From assembly GCA_945882675.1 (NCBI GenBank), contig CAMCWU010000001.1, forward strand, positions 763-64,762: 64,000 nt of DNA, written 5' to 3'. Positions 24,806-34,601 of the stretch are shown piece after piece. The translations under genes and the position numbers were made by a program. Each line of letters begins with the position of its first letter. Positions within the stretch are counted from its first letter, which is position 1. Below the pieces are notes generated by a model, which saw nothing but the letters and a program-made list of their open reading frames with translations, did not search any database and had not been told where the DNA came from. The stretch comes from Klebsiella pneumoniae (GTDB lineage Bacteria > Myxococcota_A > UBA796 > GCA-2862545).

Positions 24806-27800
24806 ATGCTCCTCGTCGTGGGCGCGGGAGTGGGTGGGCTCGTCGGCCTGGTCGGGCTCGGCGTTCTGGGCTTCGTCGGCTATCTGAAGACGGAGGGCGG
24901 CAACGAGTGGCTCCGCGGAAAGCTGGAGTCACTGGCGGACAATGCGGCTGGAGAGGGCGGGGTGACGATCGGTCGCCTGGAGACCAACGCGTGGGGCAAG
25001 TGGCGCGTCCACGGCCTCGACGTCACGGATGCGAACGGCAAGAACCTCGCGCACGTGGGGCGGCTCGCGCTCGACGTGGACCTGGCCGGCCTCCTGAAGC
25101 GCGAGCTCGTGAAGCCGAGGATCACCCTCGACGACGTGACGGTGGACATCACCCGGCTCGAGGACGGGACGCTCGACCTCGCCAACCTGTTCGCTAGCGA
25201 CGAGCCGAAGCCGGAGACCACGAAGGAGAGCGCGGGCTCTCCGATCGGTTTGAAGGACGCGGACGTCCAGATCCGCGGGCTCTCCCTTCGGTACGACCGG
25301 GTGGGCCAGGAGGCCGCGGTCTTCTCGATCGCCGGGGCCGCGGCGCACGCGACCGTGAGCGGCGCGAAGACCACGTTCATCGTACGCGATCTCGATCTCG
25401 GCGGCGTGTTGATCCAGCCCGGCCCGGCGCCGATCCACGCCGCCGGCGACGTGTGGATCTCGGGCGGCGTCGTGAGCCTCGACGACGTCGCGCTGTCGCT
25501 GCCGGGCACGCGCATCACGGCGCGCGGCGTCGCGGGGTCGGAGCGGCTGGACCTGTCGACGCAGGTGGGGAGCCTCGATCTGGCACGGCTCGAGCCGCTC
25601 TTCGGCTCGCCGGGTCTCACCGGCGTGTTCACGGGGGACGCGCGGATCGCGGGGCCGCTGGACGCCGCGCAGGTCACGACCGCGCTCGACGGCGGCGCCG
25701 CGGGCAAGCTCCGCGGGGACGTGACGCTCGACCTGAAGGCAGCGGACCTGGGTTACAAGGGCGCGATCGAGCTCGTGCAGCTCGACGTCCAGGAGATCTA
25801 CCCGGCCCTGGCCCAGGAGATCCTGCTCGACGGGCGCCTCGCGTTCGACGGGCACGGCACGAGCTGGCCGGACACGGTGGTGGTGCAGGGCGACTACACA
25901 GGTGCCGGGCACGACATCGCGGGACAGCACTTCGACGCGGTGCGGGCGACCTTCGCGATAGCACTCGGCCGGATTGAGCTCCAGCAGAGCGAGATCAGCG
26001 GGATCATCGGCGATCTCGAGGCCACCGGAGTAGTTGACATAGTCAACGGTCCGCTGGATCTCAAGGTCGGCGGCCTCATCAAGCCCGAGCGACTGGCCGA
26101 GCTCGGCGCGGTTGGCTTCGGGGGAGAGGGCCGGCTGGACGCCCACGTCGTCGGGAACTTCAACGAGATCGACACGAAGGGCCTGGTGGCGGACGGGAGC
26201 GTCACGTACGACCGGTTCACCTATGGAGAGGACGTCCAGCTCTCGAATTTGCGGGCCGAGTTCGACGCGAAGATCGTGGGCTCCGCCGTGCGGGCGACGG
26301 CGCAGGTCCGGACCGGCGCGGGCGTAGTGTACGGGACGTCGGTAGCCAGCACGGGCACGCGGAATATCCGGCTCACGGTGTCGGAGACGCAGGCGGTCCG
26401 GGTCAGCGGAAATACTACGGCAACCACCGTGGAGATGCCGGAAGTGTTCGCGACGGACTCGGTCGTCGCCGCGTGGCAGGTCGACCGGAGCGCGAGCGGC
26501 CACTTGCGGGTCGGCGCGGACGCAGCGCTCACGCGATACGACCTGCTCGGGTTCCCGGGGACGGACGGCGTCGCGAAGATCGGCATGGACGGTGATTTCG
26601 TAACGTTCGACGCGGATCTCCGCGATGGAGGGCGGTCCGCCTGGCGGGTCATCGGCGACTTCGTGACCCCGACCGGCGAGATGACGTTCGCCCTGCTCGA
26701 GGCGTCGCCCACCCCGCGCGCGACGTGGGTGGCCCAGCCCGGTGCGCGCCTGCGCGTCGTGGACAGCGGCATCGCGGACGCCGACATCCAGCTGCAGGGC
26801 AACCTCGGCGAGCTCGCGGTCCAGGGGGACCTCGGCACGAAAGGCAGGCTCGGCGGCCGCGTCGTCGCGAAGGGCGTGCAGCTGGACACATTCGCCGAGC
26901 TCTTCCCGGAGCAGGTCAGCGGCCTCTCGGGCGTCGCGGATCTGGACGTGAACCTGGGCGGCACGGCGAACGCGGTCGTCGCGGAAGGCACGCTGAACGT
27001 GCAGGGCCTGTGGGTCGACGGCGTCACGCGTTGGCTCGACGTAGAAGGTTCTTTCGAAGCCGGCCACGATATGGTCACGCTCGCCCTCGGCGTCGGGTCT
27101 GCGGGCGAGCCCCTCGCGGACATCCGCGGGAGCCTCCCTGTGAACCTGGACATGGCGGCGCCCGGGATCCGCCCGGACGGGGACGTGGACCTGGTGGTGG
27201 CCCTGCGGCCGGGCGGGCTGTACCGGGTGGAGAGGGTGGCCCCCGCGGCGCCGGACCTGCCGCAGGGCCGCCTCTCGGGCGTGCTGGAAGCGCGCGGCAA
27301 GCTCTCGGATCCCGCGATCCGGGTCGCGGGGGTGGCGGAGCTCCCGGTCAAGGGCTGGGACCACGACGGCCGGCTCGAGTTCGACGTCCGGCGCGACGGC
27401 GATCGCGCGGACGTGCGGGTAGACGCCCGGGACGGCGTGACCGCCCTCGGGATGATCGCGGGCGGCGGCACGACCCGCCTCGGCGAGCTCACCCGGTGGG
27501 CCACAGGCGCCACGGACGTGAAGCCCGACTTCGCAGACTGGACGCTGTTCGCCGACGACCTCTACATCAGCGCGGCGCTCCTCGGCCTTCCGGTCGAGGG
27601 GATGCTCGCCGCCACGGGACAGACGATCGACGCGCGTGGCTTGCTGGTCGGCGGCTTCAACGTCACCGGCTCTCCGTACGCGCCCCGCGTGGAGGGCGGC
27701 CTCAACTGGCTGGAGCCGGGCTTCGGAGCAGAGGATCTCGAGGGTGGGTACCTGTCCCTCGTGCCTGTGGACGACGGCTTCGACGTGGCCGTGAACGTCA

Positions 27801-29275
27801 GCTTCGTCGAGGGCGGTGGGCTCGACGTCGCGGGGAAGGTGCCGATCGTGCCGGACTTCCGTCAGGAGCTCGACCAGTGGGTGCGCGGCGACCTCGATCT
27901 GACGGTCGGCGGCGGCGGCGTCCCGGTGGCGGTCGCGTCCGGCCTGTACCCGGACATCACCGACGCCGTCGGGATCATGAAGGTCGAAGGCACCGTCACG
28001 GGCAGCCCGCTCGACCCCGTCCCGAATATGGTCGTGGCGCTCGACGGCGGGTCGTTCAACTACGTCCCGCTCGGGCTCGAGGTGACGGACGTGACCTTCC
28101 GCTTCGACGGGCAGGACCGAAGGTTCCGACTCTCCAAGTTCGTGGCCTACACCGAGCCCATGCAGCAGGCGATCGGGCTCCGCGACCTCGTCGACGGCGC
28201 GGACTCGTCCATCATCCGCGCGGCCGGGAGCGTGCAGCTCGAGGGCGGCACGCCGGACGCGGTCAGCATGAACGTGCAGCTCCAGAACGGGGCCTGGCTC
28301 TCCGCGACCCCCGAGCAGGTGCTCCGCCTCGAAGGCGACCTCGTCGTCTCTGGTCGCTACCCGGCGCTGGCCGCGACCGGCGAGCTCGACCTGCACACCG
28401 GCCGCATGACCATCGACATGGCGTCGCTGGCCGACTCGGCGCCCCTCACGCCGGACCCGCGCCTCACGATCATCCGCCCGCAGATCGACAGCTCCGAGAT
28501 CAACGTGGCGGAGGTGGACGCCGGCCCCACGCTGATGGAGTCCATCACGGCGGACGTAGACGTCGATCTCAAGCGGAATATGGAGATCGACGTCAGCATG
28601 CCGTTCGTGGACGACTTCGGTTCGCTCGGCGCATCCGTCGCGAAGATGGACATGACGGCGCGCCTGGGCGGCTCGACGAAGGTGACCTGGGAGAACGGAG
28701 AGCCGAGCGCCATCGGCCAGATCCAGGTGCTCGAGGGCCGGGTAGAGGTCTTGCGGAGCGACTTCGACCTCGAGGAAGGGACGATCACGTTCGCGGGTGG
28801 CGACATCACGGAGCCCGCGCTCGACATCCACGCGAAGATGACGGTGACCGGGGGTTCGGTGGATCTCGCCGTCCAGGGCACGCCCTCCTCGCCCGAGATC
28901 GCCCTTTCGTCCGACACTTGGGCCGATGAGTCCACGCTGTTCACGATCCTGCTCACGGGCCAGGCGCCCGAGGATCTGACGGCGAACCAGGGCGGCGGAG
29001 CGTCCACCACGGACGCCCTCACGTCGCTGGCGCTCAGCAGCGCGCTGGCCGGCGCGAGCCTCGGGAACGTCTCGATCGACGCCCAGGGGGTGCGGATCGG
29101 CGTGCCGATCTCGCAGACGATCTACGCCGAGTCCATCGTCGTGCGGGAGCCGGCGTTCGACGAGAACCAGCTCACGGTCCACGTCGAGTGGACGCCCATT
29201 CCGCAGATCGTGTTCGACGTGGCCGCGGGTGAGGTCCAGCGGTGGTCGGACGTGTACTGGGAGGTGCGGTTCTAG
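24806..29275 (+). CDS. tamB: TamB-like translocation and assembly module protein (AsmA/DUF490 family)
   Basis: Signal-anchor MLLVVGAGVGGLVGLVGLGVLGFVGYL, then about 1450 aa of beta-rich sequence ending ...VQRWSDVYWEVRF. It lies directly after tamA. An alternative TTG start at 24671 overlaps the tamA stop. Confidence 0.85.
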   Translation: MLLVVGAGVGGLVGLVGLGVLGFVGYLKTEGGNEWLRGKLESLADNAAGEGGVTIGRLETNAWGKWRVHGLDVTDANGKNLAHVGRLALDVDLAGLLKRELVKPRITLDDVTVDITRLEDGTLDLANLFASDEPKPETTKESAGSPIGLKDADVQIRGLSLRYDRVGQEAAVFSIAGAAAHATVSGAKTTFIVRDLDLGGVLIQPGPAPIHAAGDVWISGGVVSLDDVALSLPGTRITARGVAGSERLDLSTQVGSLDLARLEPLFGSPGLTGVFTGDARIAGPLDAAQVTTALDGGAAGKLRGDVTLDLKAADLGYKGAIELVQLDVQEIYPALAQEILLDGRLAFDGHGTSWPDTVVVQGDYTGAGHDIAGQHFDAVRATFAIALGRIELQQSEISGIIGDLEATGVVDIVNGPLDLKVGGLIKPERLAELGAVGFGGEGRLDAHVVGNFNEIDTKGLVADGSVTYDRFTYGEDVQLSNLRAEFDAKIVGSAVRATAQVRTGAGVVYGTSVASTGTRNIRLTVSETQAVRVSGNTTATTVEMPEVFATDSVVAAWQVDRSASGHLRVGADAALTRYDLLGFPGTDGVAKIGMDGDFVTFDADLRDGGRSAWRVIGDFVTPTGEMTFALLEASPTPRATWVAQPGARLRVVDSGIADADIQLQGNLGELAVQGDLGTKGRLGGRVVAKGVQLDTFAELFPEQVSGLSGVADLDVNLGGTANAVVAEGTLNVQGLWVDGVTRWLDVEGSFEAGHDMVTLALGVGSAGEPLADIRGSLPVNLDMAAPGIRPDGDVDLVVALRPGGLYRVERVAPAAPDLPQGRLSGVLEARGKLSDPAIRVAGVAELPVKGWDHDGRLEFDVRRDGDRADVRVDARDGVTALGMIAGGGTTRLGELTRWATGATDVKPDFADWTLFADDLYISAALLGLPVEGMLAATGQTIDARGLLVGGFNVTGSPYAPRVEGGLNWLEPGFGAEDLEGGYLSLVPVDDGFDVAVNVSFVEGGGLDVAGKVPIVPDFRQELDQWVRGDLDLTVGGGGVPVAVASGLYPDITDAVGIMKVEGTVTGSPLDPVPNMVVALDGGSFNYVPLGLEVTDVTFRFDGQDRRFRLSKFVAYTEPMQQAIGLRDLVDGADSSIIRAAGSVQLEGGTPDAVSMNVQLQNGAWLSATPEQVLRLEGDLVVSGRYPALAATGELDLHTGRMTIDMASLADSAPLTPDPRLTIIRPQIDSSEINVAEVDAGPTLMESITADVDVDLKRNMEIDVSMPFVDDFGSLGASVAKMDMTARLGGSTKVTWENGEPSAIGQIQVLEGRVEVLRSDFDLEEGTITFAGGDITEPALDIHAKMTVTGGSVDLAVQGTPSSPEIALSSDTWADESTLFTILLTGQAPEDLTANQGGGASTTDALTSLALSSALAGASLGNVSIDAQGVRIGVPISQTIYAESIVVREPAFDENQLTVHVEWTPIPQIVFDVAAGEVQRWSDVYWEVRF

Positions 29276-29424
29276 GCCGGTCCCGGCGGCTCGTCTTCGT
29301 CCGCGACGTGCACCCGCGTGGCCTTGCGTTGGATGAACGCCAGCCAAGCCCATGCCGTCACGCTGGCGACCGAGAACCACAGGACGAGCTCGAACAGGAA
29401 CGGCGCGGGCGTCGCCACCCCCAT
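29272..29424 (-). CDS. Small hydrophobic protein, 50 aa (candidate)
   Basis: Sequence MGVATPAPFLFELVLWFSVASVTAWAWLAFIQRKATRVHVADEDEPPGPA has one predicted TM helix. About 90% of codons end in G or C (hand count). It starts 20 nt after the stop of the upstream PLP-enzyme gene. No clear SD. Confidence 0.45.
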   Translation of the reverse strand: MGVATPAPFLFELVLWFSVASVTAWAWLAFIQRKATRVHVADEDEPPGPA

Positions 29425-29444
29425 GGATGACGCGTCAGCGGGGC

Positions 29445-31250
29445 TCACTTGGCGTTCGCCCTTTCTTCCCGGTGAACGGCGAGCGCGGTGTCCGCGAAGG
29501 CGGTCGGGAGCTTGCGGCCCTTGCCGTACTCGGCGCCGAGGGTGAGCTCGCGCCACGCCTCTCCCGGGAGCGGGAACCAGCGGAGCCGCGCGAAATCGTC
29601 GTTCAGCGGCGGATCCTCGGGCATAGGCTCGCGGAAGTAGCCAGCGGCGGCTTCGGCGATGACGCGCCGCGCCTCGTCCAGGTAGGAGGGGAGCGACCAC
29701 TCGGGCTCTGTGGCGTGGCGCGAGCGATACTCGAGCTTACCCGCCCGGTACGACAGGTCCTGCAGGCGCATGACGGCCTCTGCCCGGTTCGAGCGGTGCC
29801 GCCACTGGCCCGTCGCCGGGTTGAACCGGTAGTACGGCAGGAGCTTCCACCCTTCCTGGGCGATGAGATGGATCGCGTCGAGGATGAACTCGAACACCGT
29901 GTCGCTGATGAAGTAGTTGAAGTTCACCCGGACCCAGCCGGGCTTGATGCCCTCGACCCCGCGCTCGATCTCGCGCGCGAACGCCTCCGACGTCGACAGG
30001 TCGATCCCGAGCAGCCGGTGGCCGTACGGGCCGGCGCACGAGCAGCCGCCGCGCGCTTGGATGCCGAGCAGATCGTTGAGCAGAGCGACCACGAAGTTGT
30101 GGTGCAGGTACTGCTCGCCGTGCCGGATCACGAAGCTGACGATGGAGAGCCGCCACGCGTCCCGGTTGCCCAGGATCTGGATATTGTCGTTCCCCTCCCA
30201 GGACTTGATGGCCGCCTGGATCAGCTCGTGCTCGCGTTCGCGGATGGCGTCGTGGCCCACGGCCTCCTTGAGCTGGAAGACGAGGCCAGCGCGGATGCTC
30301 TCGATGATCGCGGGCGTACCTCCCTCTTCCCGGTGGACCGGGTCGGTGAGGTAGGTGTGGCGGCTGCTCGACACATAGCAGACCGTGCCGCCGCCCGGAC
30401 AGCTCGGGACCTTGTTCGAGAGCAGCTTCTTCTTGACGACGAGGAGGCCCGGGGTGCCCGGCCCGCCGATGAACTTGTGCGGCGAGACGAACACCGCGTC
30501 CTTGTAGGCGAGGTGGCCGTCCGGCCCATCGCCCACCATGTTCATCTGGATCTCGACGTACGGGCCCGCCGCCGCGAAGTCCCAGAACGACAGCGCGCCG
30601 TGCTTGTGGAGCAGGATCGCGATCTCGCGGGTCTTGCTGCCGATGCCGGTCACATTCGATGCGGCGGAGAAGCTGCCGATCTTGAGGGGGCGGTCCGCGT
30701 ACTGGACGAGCGCGCGCTCGAGGTGGTTCTGGCAGATCCGGCCGTCCGCGTCCTCGTCGATCACGACGACGTCCGCGATCGACTCGCGCCACGGGAGCTC
30801 GTTGCTATGGTGCTCGTACGGGCCGATGAAGATGACGGGGCGCTCGTTCGCCGGGATCTTCGCCCGCAGATCGTACTGCTGGTCCAGGTTCGCGGGGATC
30901 CGGATGTTCATGCAGTCGAGCAGCTTGTTGATGGCTCCCGTCGCCCCGGATCCGGTGAAGATGACGGCGTCGTCGTCCGAGGCGCCGACCGCCTGGTGGA
31001 TGACGGACCGCGCGTCCTCCCGGAAGCGCGTGGTCTGCAGGCCGGTCCCGCTCGTCTCCGTGTGCGTGTTCGCGTAGAGCGGCATGACCTCTGCGCGGAT
31101 GAAGTCCTCGATGAACGTCAGCGATCGGCCGGACGCCGTGTAGTCCGCGTACGTGACGCGGCGCTGGCCGAACGGGCCGTCGATGGCGGCGTCGTCACCG
31201 ATGATCGAGTTGCGGATGGTCTCGATGAGTCGGGCGGAGCGCGGGTTCAT
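29445..31250 (-). CDS. Class-V fold PLP-dependent enzyme (aminotransferase / cysteine-desulfurase-like), 601 aa
   Basis: ATG at 31250 (MNPRSARLIETIRNS). Contains YANTHTETSG, FTGSGATGAINKL, HHSNELPWRE and GSFSAASNVTG. The track extension to 31625 is unsupported. Confidence 0.85.
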   Translation of the reverse strand: MNPRSARLIETIRNSIIGDDAAIDGPFGQRRVTYADYTASGRSLTFIEDFIRAEVMPLYANTHTETSGTGLQTTRFREDARSVIHQAVGASDDDAVIFTGSGATGAINKLLDCMNIRIPANLDQQYDLRAKIPANERPVIFIGPYEHHSNELPWRESIADVVVIDEDADGRICQNHLERALVQYADRPLKIGSFSAASNVTGIGSKTREIAILLHKHGALSFWDFAAAGPYVEIQMNMVGDGPDGHLAYKDAVFVSPHKFIGGPGTPGLLVVKKKLLSNKVPSCPGGGTVCYVSSSRHTYLTDPVHREEGGTPAIIESIRAGLVFQLKEAVGHDAIREREHELIQAAIKSWEGNDNIQILGNRDAWRLSIVSFVIRHGEQYLHHNFVVALLNDLLGIQARGGCSCAGPYGHRLLGIDLSTSEAFAREIERGVEGIKPGWVRVNFNYFISDTVFEFILDAIHLIAQEGWKLLPYYRFNPATGQWRHRSNRAEAVMRLQDLSYRAGKLEYRSRHATEPEWSLPSYLDEARRVIAEAAAGYFREPMPEDPPLNDDFARLRWFPLPGEAWRELTLGAEYGKGRKLPTAFADTALAVHREERANAK

Positions 31251-31299
31251 GGATGACCCCTTCAGTGCGGGGTATCCTAACCCGGGAGCGCATGGTCCG

Positions 31300-31551
31300 A
31301 TGTCGAACTTCCTGCACGCGTTCGCCCACCGCATCGTAATCGAGCTGGTGGCGAAGGACCGGCTCGCCATCGCGCCGGGAGACGTGGAGTCCGTGATCGA
31401 ACAGCTCCGCGAGCGTCTGACGGTCCGAAGGGAAGGGCAATCCTTGATCAACGCGGTGTCCACCGCGCTGCTGGACATCGCGGAGGTCGACGAGCTGTAC
31501 GCGGACGACGAGGAGCTGCGCGAGCGGATCAACGACCTCGGCACGTGGTAG
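31300..31551 (+). CDS. Small acidic hypothetical protein, 83 aa (tentatively DUF507-like)
   Basis: ATG at 31300. High GC3. MSNFLHAFAHRIVIELVAKDRL... resembles DUF507 from memory only. Confidence 0.6.
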   Translation: MSNFLHAFAHRIVIELVAKDRLAIAPGDVESVIEQLRERLTVRREGQSLINAVSTALLDIAEVDELYADDEELRERINDLGTW

Positions 31552-31561
31552 GCCGCGGGTC

Positions 31562-32344
31562 GTGGACGGGCTATGGAGGGCGGAGCAGCCCTCGGGGACC
31601 CGCCTGACCTCCTCCATCCGCGCACTCCCGCTCACCGCGTGGGCCAGGCACCTCAAGGGCGGGCGGATCGTGCTCCAGGGCCGGATCGCGGACGTGCTCG
31701 CGCTCGGTGACGCGCGCGTCATGCCGGGGCCGGTGGTGCTGAGCCTCACCTTCACGGGCGGGGCCGTGCCCGCGGTGCACCACACGCGGGTGGACGGCGA
31801 GATCCGGGCGGGCGAGAACTCTGGGAGCACGCTCGCTCTCGACGCGAAGGGCGCGTGGCTCGGCCCGCACGCGGTGGCGACGGACGCGCCGCTCGGGCGG
31901 CTGATCGAGCGCGTCGTGGACGCCATGGCGGACGTCGTGATGGACGCGGAGGCGACCGCTACGCACGAGCTCTCGATGAGCTTCCCCGTCGGGATCGAGG
32001 TGACGGTCCCGGGCGACGAGCCGATCCAGGTCTCGGGCGCCACGAGCGGGCCGGGCGGCGCGCTGGTGCTCGCGGAGCCGCTGGTGGTCCAGATCGGCGG
32101 GACGGGGCTGCGGATCGGCCACCGTCAGCTCCGGTGGCTCGCGACGGCGGCGGCCGTGTCCGTGTCGCAGGCGCGCCTGCACGCCAACGGCACGGTGGAG
32201 CTCGAAGGTGGCGCGCGGAGCGGCCTCGCGCGGATCGCGCAGAGCGGGCTGGACGTCGTCGGCGAGCAGCTCACGGAGCTCGTGTGGACCGCCCCGCACT
32301 TCGAGCGCGTGCGCGGGTTCCTGCGGCCGCTGCCAGAGAGCTAG
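31562..32344 (+). CDS. Hypothetical protein, 260 aa
   Basis: GTG start. Nearly all codons end in G or C by eye, which supports coding. I recognise no motif. Confidence 0.65.
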   Translation: MDGLWRAEQPSGTRLTSSIRALPLTAWARHLKGGRIVLQGRIADVLALGDARVMPGPVVLSLTFTGGAVPAVHHTRVDGEIRAGENSGSTLALDAKGAWLGPHAVATDAPLGRLIERVVDAMADVVMDAEATATHELSMSFPVGIEVTVPGDEPIQVSGATSGPGGALVLAEPLVVQIGGTGLRIGHRQLRWLATAAAVSVSQARLHANGTVELEGGARSGLARIAQSGLDVVGEQLTELVWTAPHFERVRGFLRPLPES

Positions 32345-32370
32345 GATAAGGGGAGGCCCCCGGAGGCCGC

Positions 32371-34290
32371 TTGAAGCTCACTGGTCGTGTCCTGCACCTC
32401 GTGGACGACCCGTCCCTCGTCCAGGCCCAGATCGGCGGCCAGGACCTGCCGACCCACCCGACGCAGCCGTATTCGTACGGTGTGAACACGGATCTCATGA
32501 TCTCGGGCCGCGCGTGCACCTACGGGTACACCGGCGAGATCCTCGGCCCGTACTTCCTCGAGAACTTCCTCGAGGTCGTGCCGCAGGGCGGCGTGCAGGG
32601 CGGCGGCTTCCAGGTCATCGTCGGCGGCCACGCGTACGGCTCCGGCTCGTCGCGGGAGGTCGCGGTCGTCGCGCACCAGGGCGCGGGCGTGGAGCTCGTC
32701 GTCGCCGACAGCTTCCAGCGGATCTTCCAGGAGAATATGGTGTACTCCGGGATGCCGTTCACGACGGACCGGAGCGTGCTCGATCGCCTCGCGGCGGGCG
32801 ACGACATCGATCTGACGGCGTTCGCGCGGGATCTCCCGCCGTTCTTCGCGGCGGTGAGCGCGGCGGGCGGCCTCGCGGCGTACGGCACGAAGCTGCTGGC
32901 CGGCCAGATCGAGCCGACCTACGACGTCGAAGTGCAGCCGCGGCCGCTGAACATCGCCGAGAAGATCATCGCGCGCCGCACGTGGACGGGCGCCGGCAAG
33001 GCCGACGGGATCGCGGCGGTCAAGCCGGGCGATCAGGTGCTGTGCCGGGTCGGCTTCCGCGGCATGCACGAGTACACGGCCGGCATGGTGATGTCGCTGT
33101 ACGCGGCCGAGTGGGGCAGCGCGCCCGTCGACCGCCCCGAGCAGGTCGCGGCGTTCGAGGACCACTTCGTGCTGATCTCGCACGATGCGGTCCCGGCCCA
33201 GGCCAAGAAGGAGCGCCTCGCGTCCGCCATGCAGCTCACGGCCGAGATGGTGGAGGTCTGCGAACGCAGCGGGATCCGCCTGCACGGCCCCGGCCGCCCG
33301 TTCCCGCCCGGCGTGTGCCACCGCGTGGTGGTGGAGGATTATGCGCTTCCGGGCGACATCGTCATCCTCACGGACAGCCACACGCCCACGGCCGGCGTGC
33401 TCGACGCGTTCGCGTTCGGCGTCGGCTCCACGGCGATGGCGTTCTCGCTCCGCACCGGGCTCATCCCGGTCACGGTGCCGAAGGTCATCCGGATCGACGT
33501 GCACGGCGAGCCGAAGGGCGGGTTGTCCCCCAAGGATCTCATCCTCCACGTCATCGGCGACGCGTACTTCCGCGACGAGCACTGGCGCGAGAGCCCGACG
33601 GACACCGCGATCATCGAGATCGGCGGCCCGGCCCTCGATCACTGGAATGTCGACGAGCTCTCGGTCCTCACGAATATGACGGTCGAGGGCGGCCTGATGA
33701 CGGGCATCGTCGAGCCGTGCCGGCCGATCGTGGACTTCCTGAAGGCGCGCCGCGGGGTCGACGTCACCGATCTGCTGGTCCATGCCGACCCGGGCGCGTC
33801 GTACACGCGGGTCATCCGCATCGATCTGGACGACGTGCCGCTCACGGTCGCGACCCCGGGCGATAGCCGGAACCGCGCTCCGCTCGCCGATCATGGGGAT
33901 GTCGCGATCCAGAACGTGGTGATCGCGAGCTGCACGGGCGGCTCGTTCACGGACATCGCGGCGGCGGCGGCGGTGCTCAAGGGCCGCAAGCTCGCGCAGG
34001 GCGTGCGCCTGACCGTCACGCCGTCGTCCACGGACGTCGCGCGGCAGTCGGAGGAGGCCGGGTACCTGCAGATGTTCCGGGATCTCGGCGCGGTCGTGAC
34101 CGATCCGGGCTGCGGGAGCTGCATCGGCAACGGGCCGGGGATCCCGCTCCCGGGAGAGACGACCGCGAGCACGACGAACCGGAACTTCGCGCGGCGGATG
34201 GGTGCTCCGGGGCCGGTTTACCTCGTGTCTCCGGCGGTGGCGGCGGCTTCTGCGGTGACGGGCAAGCTGACGGATCCGCGCAAGTTGTGA
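32371..34290 (+). CDS. Fused aconitase-family dehydratase with the LeuD-like swivel domain at the N-terminus, 639 aa
   Basis: TTG start after GGAGG. The N-terminal roughly 170 aa are LeuD-like (GGHAYGSGSSREVAVVA, ADSFQRIFQEN). Aconitase catalytic motifs follow: DSHTPTAG, IASCTGGS, GCGSCIGNGPG, TTNRNFARRMG. Confidence 0.85.
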   Translation: MKLTGRVLHLVDDPSLVQAQIGGQDLPTHPTQPYSYGVNTDLMISGRACTYGYTGEILGPYFLENFLEVVPQGGVQGGGFQVIVGGHAYGSGSSREVAVVAHQGAGVELVVADSFQRIFQENMVYSGMPFTTDRSVLDRLAAGDDIDLTAFARDLPPFFAAVSAAGGLAAYGTKLLAGQIEPTYDVEVQPRPLNIAEKIIARRTWTGAGKADGIAAVKPGDQVLCRVGFRGMHEYTAGMVMSLYAAEWGSAPVDRPEQVAAFEDHFVLISHDAVPAQAKKERLASAMQLTAEMVEVCERSGIRLHGPGRPFPPGVCHRVVVEDYALPGDIVILTDSHTPTAGVLDAFAFGVGSTAMAFSLRTGLIPVTVPKVIRIDVHGEPKGGLSPKDLILHVIGDAYFRDEHWRESPTDTAIIEIGGPALDHWNVDELSVLTNMTVEGGLMTGIVEPCRPIVDFLKARRGVDVTDLLVHADPGASYTRVIRIDLDDVPLTVATPGDSRNRAPLADHGDVAIQNVVIASCTGGSFTDIAAAAAVLKGRKLAQGVRLTVTPSSTDVARQSEEAGYLQMFRDLGAVVTDPGCGSCIGNGPGIPLPGETTASTTNRNFARRMGAPGPVYLVSPAVAAASAVTGKLTDPRKL

Positions 34291-34330
34291 GGATCGAACG
34301 ATCAGAGCTCTCGCCAAGATAGAAGGCGGC

Positions 34331-34579
34331 ATGCTCGCACTCCTCCTCCTCATCGCCTGCGGCCCGAAGACCTCCGACCCCGCCACGTCCTCAGCAAGGC
34401 TGGACTGGCCCTCCCAGTGCCCCGACCCCTCCGACCCCAAGGTGCACTACAAGCACGACACCTGGGCCGACCGCGAGATCTGCCAGCGCATCCGCTTCGG
34501 GTGCGACGACGGCCAGGCTCCGATCGAGAGCCCCAACGGCGTCGAGTGCGGCTGCGGGTGCATCGACGTCGCGGGGTGA
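34331..34579 (+). CDS. Small Cys-rich lipoprotein, 82 aa
   Basis: MLALLLLIACGPK lipobox. Seven further Cys residues, including GVECGCGCID. High GC3. Confidence 0.7.
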   Translation: MLALLLLIACGPKTSDPATSSARLDWPSQCPDPSDPKVHYKHDTWADREICQRIRFGCDDGQAPIESPNGVECGCGCIDVAG

Positions 34580-34601
34580 CGCGCCGGGATACGGATCCCG
34601 A

